DNA of 62,382 bases, the filler included, from Collodictyon triciliatum (lineage: Eukaryota), in the NCBI GenBank assembly GCA_043381765.1. It is 4 parts of 4 records of this genome, joined end to end, with 100 filler letters (N's around TTAATTAATTAA, not from the genome) between each part and the next. Parts side by side here need not be neighbours in the genome. Positions count along the whole stretch, not along the records: positions 19,461 to 25,132 come from JBHJMP010000316.1; positions 25,233 to 49,827 come from JBHJMP010000317.1; positions 49,928 to 62,382 come from JBHJMP010000318.1; 1 more part is not named here. The stretch is one strand, 5' to 3'. Shown piece after piece: positions 24,526 through 53,700 of the stretch. How positions within the stretch are numbered: position 1 is the stretch's first letter; each line of letters starts with the position of its first letter. A program made the position numbers and the translations under genes. The notes below the pieces were generated by a model that saw only the letters and a list, made by a program, of their open reading frames with translations, had not been told where the DNA came from and did not search any database.

Positions 24526-25033
24526 TGCTGCGAGGAAAAGATGAAGACAAGGAAAGAGTAAACAAGAGGGCCTTCTCTCTCCGCTATTTGGCGGCGTCAT
24601 CAGCAGGTGTGGCGACTGAACGAGGAGGAGGCTCAGATGCGCGTGAATGAGTGAACGTGTGTGTGACAACACCTTTCGCAGTGCCTGTCATCCCCGACCA
24701 GCGACTCACCTCGTTAGACGCAGTGGGCTGGCCACAAAGCGCCGTGGACGCGCCGATGTGGAAATATGTATTTTTGGCTTTGATCATTCGATCGGCCGCC
24801 AACGCATTTCGAACGCATTGTCTCCTTTTCGGAACGCGCTGATATGGATCTGGCTTTGGTGGCCCCAGAGCGCATCACTCGAGAGGCGAACAGACCAGGC
24901 AAAACGGGCTTGCGAAAGTGCTGCTAATTGTTTTTTTTTTCTTTTTCATTTAACTATCATCATGAAGTCTTTTATTTTTTTCAATTTTTTTCCATTGTTC
25001 TTATTTCCATTTTTTTTTTTTGTTGGTATTGTT

Positions 25034-25132
<99 letters not shown>

Positions 25133-25232
25133 NNNNNNNNNNNNNNNNNNNNNNNNNNNNNNNNNNNNNNNNNNNNTTAATTAATTAANNNNNNNNNNNN
25201 NNNNNNNNNNNNNNNNNNNNNNNNNNNNNNNN
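25133..25232. other. Assembly gap with artificial TTAATTAATTAA linker
   Basis: Same layout as 19361-19460. Confidence 0.9.
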
Positions 25233-25239
25233 AAAAAAG

Positions 25240-25310
<71 letters not shown>

Positions 25311-25499
25311 AGAAGTATACATGAATACGACTCAATATAAAGTCTATATTTTTTTTTATTTTTTGGATGTTTTCGCTTTTTAGTTTCTGTTATGTGATTT
25401 TGTTTTCCTGAACCAAGTGCAAGGAAGAAGAAAAAGATAATGTTTGGTGGGGGTTTATATTTCGTGGTGATCAAACAACAGACCAACAAGAGCAGCCCA

Positions 25500-28400
25500 G
25501 GATCCTATCTTCGACTTTCCGATGAAAGACTCGAGGTTGAGCCGGTCCTTTTTTGTCTTCTTTGACGGATCTAAACGAATAAATGAACAAATAAATGAAC
25601 GAATAGAAACATGAAAGAAAGAGAAAAAACATAATACTAGAGATAAGTGGAAATAAGCGGGGGTCTATGAGACAAAGAAATGAACCTGAATAGTCTGCTT
25701 CGGTCGAGCCCTGCGTCTCCTCGCTCGAGGCCATCTCCAGTCTAATCATTATTATAATAATTTTTTTTTTGATCGGTTTAAGTCGGCCTTGCAAACAATA
25801 GCAAACAGTCCGCTGACCATAGAGAAAGAAAGAGATAAAAATAAATAAATAAAAGGAGAGAAAAAGTCAGACACGCCGCGTGAACGCAGATACGCACAAA
25901 CAAGTTGCCTTCCGTTGCTGCAGCTGCTTTGAATGAAAGAAAAAAGTGAAAAGACTCAAAATAAAAAATTAAATACATTAAATCCGAAAAATAATGATTA
26001 ATCAAATCAGCAAAAGAATTTCGGTTAGATTGCAAGTTGCTTTTCGCGTTTGATTCGGGGAAGAAAAATCGCTGAATAATGTCACTGTATATACTATAAA
26101 ATTAAATAATTTTTGTACACTATTTGGGTTTTTAATGATGCATGTGATATATAATTCCGAAAACATATATTTTCCACTAATGGAAGAAACATTCTGGCTT
26201 TTCCGGTGCAGGCAACAACACGTTTAGGTAACTAGAGAAAACGACCAAAAAGATTAAGCGAGTGTCATCATCGGACTGGATTGCTCTTTGTCCCAATGGC
26301 GTCCCGGCTGCTGTATGTTTCTGGCTTCCATATGGTAGTATCCAATGTATTTATATGCTTCTTGATATTGAACTATCTTATATATCAAGGATGATTCAAT
26401 ATCACTTCTCCGCAAATGAAGACGCAGAGGTGGGGTGTTTTTTTTTTTTTTTAACTTTAACTTTACGGCGCATAAACTCTTCGATAAGCATGCTCAATTA
26501 ACGCCAATATCTGCGAGCCATACTTTGTCGATATGTCACGCCCTGTAAAATACATCATAATACATTAGTAGATGAAGAAAAATCAAAAAATTGACTGAGT
26601 TCTCATAATGAAACATCAGAGTATTATTTTTTTTTTGTTCCCGTGGTTACAAAATGGATTTGTGCATAGATGCATTAATAAGCAAACACAAGGGAGCATA
26701 CCAACAGCTGGGATTGCGCAAAGTGATGGGATATCTCGAGGCGGGTTTGTAGAAATTGATATGATGGCGATGTCGGACAGAATCGGTGACTTCCTGTTGA
26801 GCACAAACTACAAGTGCGGATTCATCGCGAATGGGTTTATGAAATGCGCTCGGGTTGTAATTGAATTCGTTTTCTTAAATGTTATTACAGCATACGCTCA
26901 TGATTTTTGAAAAGGAATTATCTTTCTTCCTAGTGTTCATCACTAATCTACAATTTATTTTTAAAAAAAAGACAAACAAACAAGCACCTCTCTTTGCATG
27001 AGTTCGTATATTTTCTTCCTGAAACTTTCCTCTTTCGAATCCTTCTCAACTAAATGAGCATCGCGACGGGAGAATGCTTAAATCGTACAACTCGATGGAA
27101 GTTCATTTGCTTCATTATTTTGAATCATTTGCTTACCTTTCGTTTTTCCTATGCAATTATCACAGAGTGTGGTGCACTTTGGATTACTTTGAGTTTCAGC
27201 TGCATACTTCTAAAATAATTACAATTCGCATACATGTTTTGTGAGGTATTGTTTCGGAGATACAAAAAGGTATTGTAGAGTAAATTATTTCTTTGAATGG
27301 GAAAATATAACAACAGCATGGAAATGCTCAACTTACTTTGAAGATGTATGACCAACGACATGCTGTTGACTTACAATAATCATGCATCTCATCATCTAGC
27401 CGTCTGTCATCAAAACTGGGAATTATTCAAAAAATATTATGTTCTACATCTAGTATTTGCGCCGTCGGATTCAAACAGCATAAAAAAATCGCAAAGATTT
27501 CCGGTTTTCGTAACAAACCTAAGGTCCAAATTGTGATAAAATATAACAGAGTCCGATAGAGTGCCATCCAGTCTGTGTTGGAAATGGTATATCAGAAAAA
27601 TAACCACTTTAATTTCCATGGACGTATTGGTATTGTTATGAATTTTAGATAAAAGAGGACCCAAGCGTGCCGATTTCTCTGTTGTAATTATGTGCTGATA
27701 TAGGAATGTACGTATGGACGATGAATCGAATATCGTTCTTTTTTAAACCTAGTTCAATTTTAGAAAAAAATTACAAGATGCGGATGGGATGTTGTTATTC
27801 AATTATATACCGCTCGAATCCCACTTACTTTGAAAACAATCTGCTGTCGTGATAATTGCCCATATTTCACCCTCTGTCCATTTCGACACTATCTGAAATT
27901 GTTCCTCGTAATCCTTGACATAATGAGAGGAGTTGGACATAGATTGGAGAGTGAAAAAAAATTATCAAGCAATTCATAGAGATTGCCTAATACTTATAGA
28001 TAGATAAGGATGTATGAAAAATTTGAACATATGTGAGGGAAAAGGGGAGAGGAAAAGTAGTATGTCAAAAGAGGTCATCAATCACCATCTTGTTCGTAAT
28101 TACTCCGTTGCTAAACCCTTCTGCCTGTTGGATGGAGAAGGCGATAGCCCCAATATTAAAAATTTAAATATAGCTATGTTAATTATGAAAGATTGCCCAT
28201 GACAGGATGCCATCAATTCATTTAAGATGCATATGTAATGAAAACCTCGGCTGCTTCGGATATTTCGTGACACTCTTGAATTGTCGAGCAATATATCTGT
28301 AACGCAATCATGTTTGAAAAATAAAAGTTGAGATAGTAAAGCAATATCTGGGACAATTAAAATAAAAATAAATGCAAACAATCCCGCTCATCCCCTCGTG

Positions 28401-31400
28401 TGACTGTATGATATACTGGGAGATTTGTTCAGCTGGGGCATCCAGATTTCTTGGAATACACGACAATCTTGGAAAATAAATCATATGATATAAACTTTTG
28501 GTTTTATTTATTTTCAGGTAATATAATGAGCCATTCTGGAGAGTAATTGTAAGGGTAATGAAGCCAATAATAAGCAAAATTTTACTTCAAATTGTCTCGA
28601 AATAATGAATCTCTGAAATATGTGAACTTTCGCCCAGTTAATTGACTGATAACATCCGCAACGTAATAGTCAGGAGAATACCCTGAAACAAGTATGACTG
28701 GAGTTCTCATAATATCTTGTTTCAAACAGAGTTTCTATTATAGTTTCACTTTTACTTCGAAGCTCAATTATGCAAAAAGGGATATTAGGTAATTGCCATG
28801 ATGAAAGGTAGTAAAAGAGGAGAAATGCAGACGAAAGGCGATAATAATGAAGCAGGTGTAGTTTTATCGAAGGCAAAATAAGTAAAAGAAAGTCAACCTC
28901 ATGGGCGGGAGTGTGGAAACTACTGAATTTAGATAAAGCATGCGCGTCTTCTATAACAAACCTGAAAAAAAAGTATAGAGAATAACTTGTACAAGACGGC
29001 ATATAAGTTATCACAAACCATAATGCATGAAATGTAGGTCACCTGCTGACGAGCGAGGAAGCCTGTAGAGTTCTCAAAAAGATGAGAAACTTGTTTTTCA
29101 AAAACATGTCGCTAGTAGCGTAGATATATTTTGTTTCCGAATCTTCTGAAGATACGTCTTCATTGTTATAATTAGATTTCAATTGATTTAAACTCACTGT
29201 AAAAAAGTATCATTCATAAAGTCATATAAACGTATGTGTGGATGTATGGTTTTAAATTCTGTGTGATAAAGCCAGGATAGCACCTTCAAGAATTGTGTCA
29301 ATTTCTTCATCTGTTGTATCCTCTGATACAATTTGAACACCCAAGCCGAGAGTCTCGAGCGAATTTGACTATTTATAAACATGAAAATAATTAAAAGTCA
29401 TCCTAAAAATCCCGTGGTGGAAGCATATAAATATATCCAGATTTAAAAAGTCTGTGATTTATCAAACTTGGCGCGTTCAGCAGATATACACACATATATA
29501 TAAATTGAATAAACTGAATTAAAATTTTGGAGTATGCTGTTGATTTCATACCTCTTGGATGGCATACTCAAGGTTTGGGACTATAATTATCATAACGCCA
29601 TTCAACAAAGTGGCCGGTAGCTTTGTTATTATAAATTTTGAAAGAATTTGGTGAGAAGATGAGTTATTTATGGCTAATTTAATGGGAAGCAATTGCGCTT
29701 TATACTAGAAAGGGAGTAGCAACCACATATAACAAAGTTTATTACATGGTAACATAATGTTTTTCCAGACCCTGGTGGTGCCCGAATGAAACAGCTCTTA
29801 CCAGCTAAAACAAGTCAAAAAAATAGAATACCTCAGTATAATGATTCCACTCGAGAGCATTTGATGGAAAATTGTAATTGATTTACACAGATAATGATAA
29901 ATTAGAATGATACACATAATGACGTTGACTATAGAGCGCTGAAAACTACGGAATGCGTCGATTTGGAAGGTTTCCTGAGTCATACAAGAGCATTCGTGTA
30001 AGTAGAATGTAGAATAAGCCACCACGGGAAAAGCAATATCATTCTCACTAAAAAGAGAAATAAAGTACAGTCAACATCGACTCAACATCTGCAGTCCATT
30101 CAAACTTTCTTCCATCCCAATGAGTATCCTTCACGAGATCTATAAATTGTTTTTATGTATAAAAAAATACCGCAGCAGCCCATAGCGATAATTCCAAGGT
30201 AGTATATTTATCAATTATGGCAGTCAAACAGAATACCAAAAGAAATAAGATACCAGGAGTGATGATTTCAACGCCTGATTTGACGAATAGTAGATTCGGA
30301 TCGCCCCAAGCGTGTTTCTGCGTGTGGCTTTCATATTTCTGGATAGTTTTTTGTGTGTGAGAATTTTGTGTGCATGTATTTTTCTATTAGAAAAAGTGAA
30401 ATGTCGATAGGTTATTCAAGGTTTCCAACATATTCATATAGTTTCTGAAGACGCAACATAGCATGATAATCACAGCGCACCTTGTTTGGAATTGGCTTTT
30501 TGTCAGCCATTCTCCCTTGGGACCCGCGCTGGGTCGAAGCTGAAAAGGGGCGAATGAAGGGCGGTCCCTTTTTCTGTTTTTCCTCTGATATTGTAGAATC
30601 ACTGACATACTTAAGCCCAGTTAGTTTCAGAGTCTATTGTTTTTTTTTTTTTTGGAGAAGAAAGGCCATGTCACAGTATTACCATAATGTAATTTGGGTA
30701 GAATAGAGCTTAAATAAATATCAAGAAAAAAAGAGACATTTATTACATAGGAAAATTCATGTGCTGAGGCTCAATAGATAATGGTTTGGTAATAAATTAT
30801 ATTTTCAGTGAAAAAGTTAAACAACGTATAATTATCATCTGCAAAAGTAATGTGGCTCTTTTTTTCTTTCTTATTTTTTTTTGATTATTGGAAACTGATG
30901 ATTTACACGTATGTCTTCAACTATGCTTTCATTCCCTGCATTATCTTCGATGTCTTTCGCATCCTCATTTTTCAAACTATAATTTGATTCTCCTGATAGA
31001 ATGGTCTCACTTTCGTTAAAAGAGACATCATACGCATCTTTGCTTCTCCTGTTACTAGGTTTTGTAGGTTTCGAATAGACTCTGTTGTGCATCTTTTCGT
31101 GGCTCTCGTCTGTGTATTTTGTCTGTATAGTATCGTCCTTGGGGGGATTGGTAATAATAGTAGATCGACTATGAGAAAGGGTCTCCCGCAAAAGAGTTGT
31201 CAATTCAGATATCTGCTCCTGCTGCCTATTGTGACGGTTGAATTGCTATTTATAAAGACACAATACAACTTTCACACACAGAATCCTATTTTCAACTTAT
31301 GAAAATTCTCGAAATGAACACATACACATATATAAACACATATACATCAGATACAGATACAGATACAGATACAGATACAGATACAGATACAGATACAGAT

Positions 31401-32277
31401 ACAGATACAGATACAGATACAGATACAGATACAGATACAGATACAGATACAGATGCATATATAAAATATTATTAATATCAACAACAATATTAGCAGTAAC
31501 AGCACATTCTTCCAGTACATAAGAAAAAGAAAAATAAGCCCCAAAATACATGCATTCCAAATTTTTAAAAGAATACATCGATGAAGGGAATACATATACA
31601 GGAACGGAAACAGATAGCTCGACCTAAATACCGAATAGATAAAGAAATGGACACACAACACACTTTTCCACCAGATGCCTGAGAACTTCCACCGACGAAT
31701 CGCGTCCCTGGACGAGTTCCTGCGATGCATCCACCGCCCCTGCCAACTCTGAGTGTGTGGGTCTATGAACGCGGGTATTTGCCTGCCACTGAGCGGCATC
31801 GACATGCGGATCCGAAACCGGGCGTATCTTTACAGGCGGATTTGCATTCTGCGAGCCGGGAGTCTTTCGGGTCGGATTTCCAACTGCATCGGCCAAGTCC
31901 AAAGGGCGATGAATCGTGACTCTGTGCTTTGCAGAATCGGCCGAGTGTGGCCGCACATTCCTCTTTTGCGCCTCTGGATTGCGCACAGCTTCGTCCGATG
32001 TTCCAGATGGAGCCCCAAAGAGTTCTTTTCGGTGCGACAGAAACTGCAGATGTGACTGAGTCGGCCGCAAATATGATGGAATCGAAGGCGGATTCGGCGG
32101 TGTATTTGTGGGAGGAGAGGAAATCACGGTTTGTGTTTGCGTCCGCGGTTTGGCTGTTTTCCTTTCAGATGGCGACTCGGACTCGTCGTTTATCGGCTTT
32201 GTTCCTGTGATGGTTTTTGCTCCGCCGCGTGGCGGGTATTCGATTTGTGCGCGGCCCCCGCGGTTTGTAGGCTGCAT
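25500..32277 (-). CDS. RecQ-family helicase-like protein with degenerate motifs and a long low-complexity N-terminus; multi-exon, ends approximate
   Basis: Exons in RecQ order: FQIDAFRSFQRSI (motif 0), CFIRAPPGSGKTLCYH|LPATLLNGVMIIIVP (I, Ia), YIYATSD, FVIEDAH (II), FRDSLFRDNL, GLKKNDIRFIVHTYIPISAHNYNREIGTLG|LDG..SVIFY (V-VI), MHDYCKSTACRW..KCTTLCDNC (RecQ Zn-binding). Confidence 0.8.
31348..31454 (+). repeat. (ATACAG)n microsatellite, intronic
   Basis: Direct read. Confidence 0.95.
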
Positions 32278-32698
32278 TGGACGGCTCTCTTGTTTGATGG
32301 CCGACTGAGTGTTTCATGTGTTGGTTTTACTCGGTTTTTATGGTTTTTAGTGGGTTTTTATGGTTTTTAATGTTTTTAATGTTTTTTATGGTTTTTTTTA
32401 TTGGTTTTTGAATCAAACGTTAGGATACGGGTGGTTTTTTACCATATAATTAATATTGGATAATTCATCACATCAAATGAATTTGTCCCAATATGGCATG
32501 GCAAGGTCGGTGGTGTTTATTCGTTTGCGTTTGGCTTTTGCGGAGGATCGGCCTTCGCTCATTTTTCTTGTTTGGGAGGTTTACATCGTAAAACAAAAGC
32601 ACAGAAAGTACAAAAAAATTACAAAAAACATAAAACAGAAAAATAAAAACAAAGTGAAAGCCCAGCGATCAAAAGTGGCGTTGTGAAGAAGAAACATT
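32278..32698. promoter_or_regulatory. Probable bidirectional promoter between head-to-head RecQ-like and PDE genes
   Basis: Divergent inferred start codons about 420 bp apart; T-rich on the left and A-rich on the right, as expected for divergent A-rich 5' UTRs. Confidence 0.4.
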
Positions 32699-37315
<4,617 letters not shown>

Positions 37316-38195
37316 TTATTATAGCGGCGCCTCTATTACCTCTACATATCTTCCCTCTTCCATCTCCTTTTTATATGTCTTTTCTTCTCTCTTATTTTTC
37401 TCTTTTCTTCCTCTTATTCTCTTTCTCTCTCTTTTTTCTTTTCTTTATCTACCAAACATTCCTAGTGTTGTTTTGTTTGGGGAGAAGCGCAAATCTTTTA
37501 GAGCAGGAATAAACTAAGCAATCAGAATCCAAGAAAAGAAATCCCCCTCGATAAAAATATAAAAAACCAAGAAACTGGAAAGCCTCATCCAAACACCGAA
37601 ACTAACCACTTTATCAGTATCCAACACCATTCACGAATTATTTCAGTTCTTTACATCACTCTCATATGTTTATTTATTACAAGTACGCTGGTAGGGACAA
37701 TTCTTTCAAGAAAGATGTATTTGACAATAAAACATACTCTGAGCTCGCATCACTTTCAAGGATGTGTTATTCGTAAATCGGCTCTTTTTATAAAAATGAT
37801 GGTGATTGCAGAGGCTGATGAAGATGATGCCAAAGTATCGCATTCTTTCTGTGGCGGCTTCAGTGTTGTTGTGTTGTGTTGTGTGAATAGGCTCACATAA
37901 TATTCAAGAGATATCAAGGAGGAAGGAAGGAAGCAAAAGAAAAGTGGCTTTACTTAAAAAAGAAAAATAAAAGTGGATTATTCATCAAAGCCAGTGAACA
38001 AAGCACGCCCAAAGAATCAGAGTGAAGGCATCGTGTTTATATAAAGAAAAGGAAGGAATAAAGAAACCATTCTGCTTTCAGGTTTTTTTGTTTTTGTTTT
38101 TTGTTTTCTCCCATCACAATTATAAACGCGCTTGTAATGTCCCCGTTATCGATGGGTGATAGTGGCCGCAGCAGAGTCGTTCTGGAGCAGATGAT

Positions 38196-48503
<10,308 letters not shown>

Positions 48504-49161
48504 TGCAAGAGCGCTGCGGAATGATGTATCGGGCAAATGATAAATATCTAAAGAGTGCTTTGTCTTTGTTTTCTTTTTTTCTTTTTTTCTTTTTTTCTTT
48601 TTTTCTTTTTTTCTTTTTTTCTTTTTTCTTTTTTCTTTTTTTCTTTTTTTCTTTTTTTTTTGTTTGTATTTGCGTTTGCGTTTGCGTTTGTGTTTGTTGA
48701 TTATCATTTTACTTGGATTGACGACTTTGTGCGTGCTGCTAAAAAGTGTTGCCCTTTGCGCTTCTTTGGGTGTTGCCTGCTTCTTTGTGTTTGGCGCAGA
48801 CTTTCGCTTTGGCTGCTTCTTTGCTGTTGTGTGTGGGAATGAGTGGGTTTGACTGGTGGTGATCGAGTCCGAGAAAGGCCGATGCGTCTTTTCGTGGCTG
48901 ATCGCGATGTGGGAAGAAAAAACTGAAACACACACAACTGCAGAGGGAGAGAAAAAAGCACGCACAGGAGGAGTACGAGGCGGTTGATTTGGCTCTGTGG
49001 GCTCGAAGTCTTGTTTCTTTTTTTGTTTTTTTTTATTTGTTTATTTTTTTATTTTTTTATTTTTTTATTTGTTTTTTGTTTTTTGTTTTTTGTTTTTTCC
49101 AGTGGTTTTGATTCTGTGCTTTTCCGTCCTCAGCTGGTTTCTTTGCCTTTGGTGCAGACCA

Positions 49162-49927
49162 TCACTCGGCAGCAACGTTCGCTTTGATTGATCGTGTTGA
49201 TTTGGGGAAAGATGCTGGTCTCATCATAACGGATGTGGTGCGCAACGGATTCCACAAATAGATATATTCCGCATTAGCTGTATTTCTTGGATGTTCCACA
49301 CACTCTTCCATGAAATTCACGACACAACTAGTAATTACCTTCACAAGTATGATAGGATAAATATGTGATTGAATCAATCTTTACATATACAATTTGTTGC
49401 ATCTGTGTGAAAAATCTTAGTTTCATAGATTTTAACAAAAATTAAAAGTTTTATAAATAAATTATTATAAATTCCATAAATTGATTGTCATTCAAAAATT
49501 TAAATGTGCTGATCGACTCTTTTCGCCTCAGCAATCGTTCTGCACTAAACGAAGATTTTTCTTGTTGGTCACAGATAAGCTGTTCTCAGGGCTTCGTCTG
49601 CTGCTCGAGAAAGGTACTCCTAAAAAAGTGTCGGGGTTATGCCTGTTTAATAAATGGATAATAGTACCACAAAAAAAAGAGAAAGAGAAAAAAGAGAAAA
49701 AAGAGAAAAAAGAGAAAAAAGAGAAAAAAGAGAAAATAAGAGAAAATAAGAGAAAATAAGAGAAAATAAGAGAAAATAAGAGAAAATAAGAGAAAAAAAG
49801 AGAAAAAGAGAAAAAAGAGAAAAAAAGNNNNNNNNNNNNNNNNNNNNNNNNNNNNNNNNNNNNNNNNNNNNTTAATTAATTAANNNNNNNNNNNNNNNNN
49901 NNNNNNNNNNNNNNNNNNNNNNNNNNN

Positions 49928-50003
<76 letters not shown>

Positions 50004-50679
50004 TTCGTTAGCCTTTGAAAGGGATTTATAGACAAAACAAAAAATTGCAAAAGAAATAGTTACGAAGATTGTAGATTTAATGGTGTAGGATAGCATTACA
50101 GTATGTTTAGTGCCATGAGACGTTTTGATCAAGGTAGAGAGAAGGTCCACGAACCCTTACAGCACATGAATTTTAATTGTAATAGCACATATGAGTAAGT
50201 AGATGATTTCATCGTTACGATAGAAGATCTACCTTTTCGAATTTCACTTGACGGACATTGTAAGACCAACAGCTCTACCCAATTGTTTGATACAAATTCA
50301 TTTAATAGCATCTCTGCCACCTTATTTTACATTTAAAAAAGAGCTTGTTATTAGGAGTGTCCCATGCAATATACTAGATTGGGAAGGAAATCAAAAGAAT
50401 TACACGTGCTAGAATTGAGGGAAAGCAATATACTTCTACCTGGCTTGATATCATCGCTTTAGATTGAAAAAACGAAAGCCACCATTTTAAATGACCTTTA
50501 TTCGTCGACCGAGTTAGGATATTTCCGACGAAAGATAGAAACAAACGACACATCGGGTTTATGATTTCTGTCCTCATTTCACACCAAAATAGAAAAAAAT
50601 ATTACAAAATTGCTTAGGCGTGTTCTTCATAGATTGAATCCATTTATATAAATTTTAAAAATTATTGAAATCGTAAGAT

Positions 50680-50754
<75 letters not shown>

Positions 50755-53700
50755 CTTCATTGATAAATTTGTTTTCAGCGAGATTCAGCATGAAATTTGC
50801 AAACTCATCATCAAAGAGACAACGCTCTGACAGGAATGCACAATTTTCTCTCCACACGGATGCATACATTTCAGGAAGTATAAGCTCCCTCGGACGATAA
50901 TCACTATTAGTGAAATTAAATTATGAATATAGAAACTCTACCTTTTTATTTTCATCATGATGACATATAATTCATCTTTACCCATATCCTGCAATTTTAT
51001 TTGAAGGTTCATAGAATAGGATGTACGCGCTGTTTTGCTTGGTAACATTTCTTATGTATGGGTTCTTTGCTGCGTCATAAAATGTCTTTTCGATACAAAA
51101 GAATACAAAGTAATTCATAGATGCATTGCAAATTTATGTAAATTAACATGGTAATATATATGAGCATATTTGAAGATTGATCTGGATGATTTGAAAAAAA
51201 AATTACTACGATAGAATTATCATAGTTCATGTTTACGTATCTTTACTTTACCATAGGCTCCGTTCCACCAAAACAAAACTTTGGTAAGTCCTAAGAGTGC
51301 ATACGGAAGTAAGGACGTGTTTTAATGGCTTTATTTCTATATTTAGATCAAATGAAATCTAGAGAGAGAGAGAGAGATACCTTGGCATTAATCTCATCCA
51401 CAATAGTGTCGTTAAAAATAAACCATTTCAAAGAGTCTCTATCCTACAGATATTTACATAACATGAAAAAAAATATGTTTTGCTATAAATTTATCATAAT
51501 TATGATTTCTTGTACATAATGAATCAAATAATTATATTTTTTTTATGAAAAAATTCTCTAAAGAAAAAAATAAAAACCTTTATATATGAGTAATAATGGC
51601 CTGCATCAGCCGTTCCTTGGTGAACGAGGACACCCACAAGGCTATATTTGTAGTAGGACGCATCACGCGCTGGCTGAAGCAACTTTTTTTTCAAATTAGG
51701 CAAGATATTAAAGTAATTTATGGTATGGGTATGTTCTCATATTTTTTGAAACATTAATGACTGAACTGTGTTACATATACCTCTTCACGAATCGGGACCA
51801 GATTTCGTTTATTTTCTTCCCTAGCAATCCCTTCTTTTGTATACGGAAAAACATCCAACTCGTCCGGAAATGAACAAAAGGAATTCAACTATTCGATTAT
51901 AAATCTCTTTTGGAAAATGTTTGATTTTTAAGACTACATAGGAGGCGTTTGAATTAAAATAAAACCTTTATTCTCCTCATATTCTCGTAGTCAAATTCAA
52001 ATCTTTTTAGGTGTAGAATCAATGTTGATGGTAGAACCTCAAGACAGCACCTTTTGAAAGCACTCACCTATTTGTGAATTATCACATGGTTTATTAAGTA
52101 AGGAAATATGATTTGAAAGCTATCAACTTAATACTGTTTTCAATTACCTTTTTGTCACATGATTGACAGTGATATTTATTGTCACCATCAAGCGTCTCTC
52201 CTTGAACAAACGACTCCATAGATTCTTCAAGCTTATTCTTCCCATTTACATCGATGCTGAGGAGATAAAAGCTTTCCTTTCTTTCGCTAACATGCTCGCA
52301 TTCTTTGCTGATGATTTGGTTGCTGAAGGACCCTCCAAAATGCGTTCTCAACAAATCCTCCTTTGTATGGTTATATGGTGTTGTTATAAAATTCATATAA
52401 ATTAAAAATCTATTCATTGGTTGTATTATCTATGAGTGCATTAATAAATCTCCCAATCAATCAAGTTCACTTGAGGTTTTCCTTTAAGTTGATTCTCAAT
52501 GTTATCAAAAAGTCCATTGAAAAACTCGACCTGTTGATAAGAATGTATTAAAATATAGATAAACTCCATGCATATCGTCAGAAATAACAAAAAAAAATTC
52601 CTTTCAATTTCGGCAGGGTGCGAATAATAGTATCTAGCAAAGTAACTGGTCATTATCATTACCACATCCATTTGCAATCTGCAATCGATTGATTTCCCTG
52701 TACAATCTCGGTAATTTGAGCACAATTCAATTGAGTCATAGAATTTCTTTTCACTTTCCATCAGGAAGGAAAACATCAATTGAAGATAATACAGTGTTGC
52801 ATCTGGATTTTGTATCTCGTTTTCAGATTCAACCTACATATGACTGCGTGAGTGTTGTGAATGACATGCATTCAAAATTATTCGAATGCAAAATCCCAGC
52901 CAGATGGAGATATGACCTCTGTTTGGTCGTCGTCAGTAGGATTGATATTCGTTTGATAGGGAATACGCTGTGAAGGAACCTGAAGGATTTCATTTCTGAA
53001 AGCCTTTGTCATAAATAATTGCTGAATTAAAGAGTTCATATAGCAAGTCGCTCCTTGATTTTTCAACCCGACATATCCAGATTGCGGCTTTTCCAAGTGA
53101 AATGGATTATAATCCCATATGTTTGTGGATTGGTCTAAGAGAAAGTAAAAAAAGACAAAGATGCCTTAAAGGGGGAAAAAGAGACACAGCTGAGACATCA
53201 AAAGATGTAAAATATATTATGTTTTATTTATATGACATATTTTTGTTAAAAATCATTGAAAATATAAATAAATAATTGATGTCAAGATATCCTTAACATT
53301 TTATATATTTATACAGAAATTTATTAAAGTGTGGGATTACTACCTTGCATAAATTTATGAATTAATTCGCCAATAAGCTCAAAGTTTTTTTGCGATAACT
53401 TTGATATGGTCAATAAAAGGTCAAATGCACTTTTTCGGCTTTGAGGAGTCTTACACTTTGGTGGTGCAAGTTCGTCATTTGATTCACAAGTTGCGACATT
53501 AAAAAGACAATCAAGTAATAGATGATTTGTCAACATTTTTCTGTAAAAAAAAAAAAAAATTGAAAAAAATTGAAAAATGTTCATCATACCCAATATTAGG
53601 ATGTAATAGCCTCAAGAATTAAAAAAAAAAAAAAAGAATGACACAAAATATAGGGAATGTATCATACTCGTTTTCTTCCCCCAAGATTTGATTGAATGGA

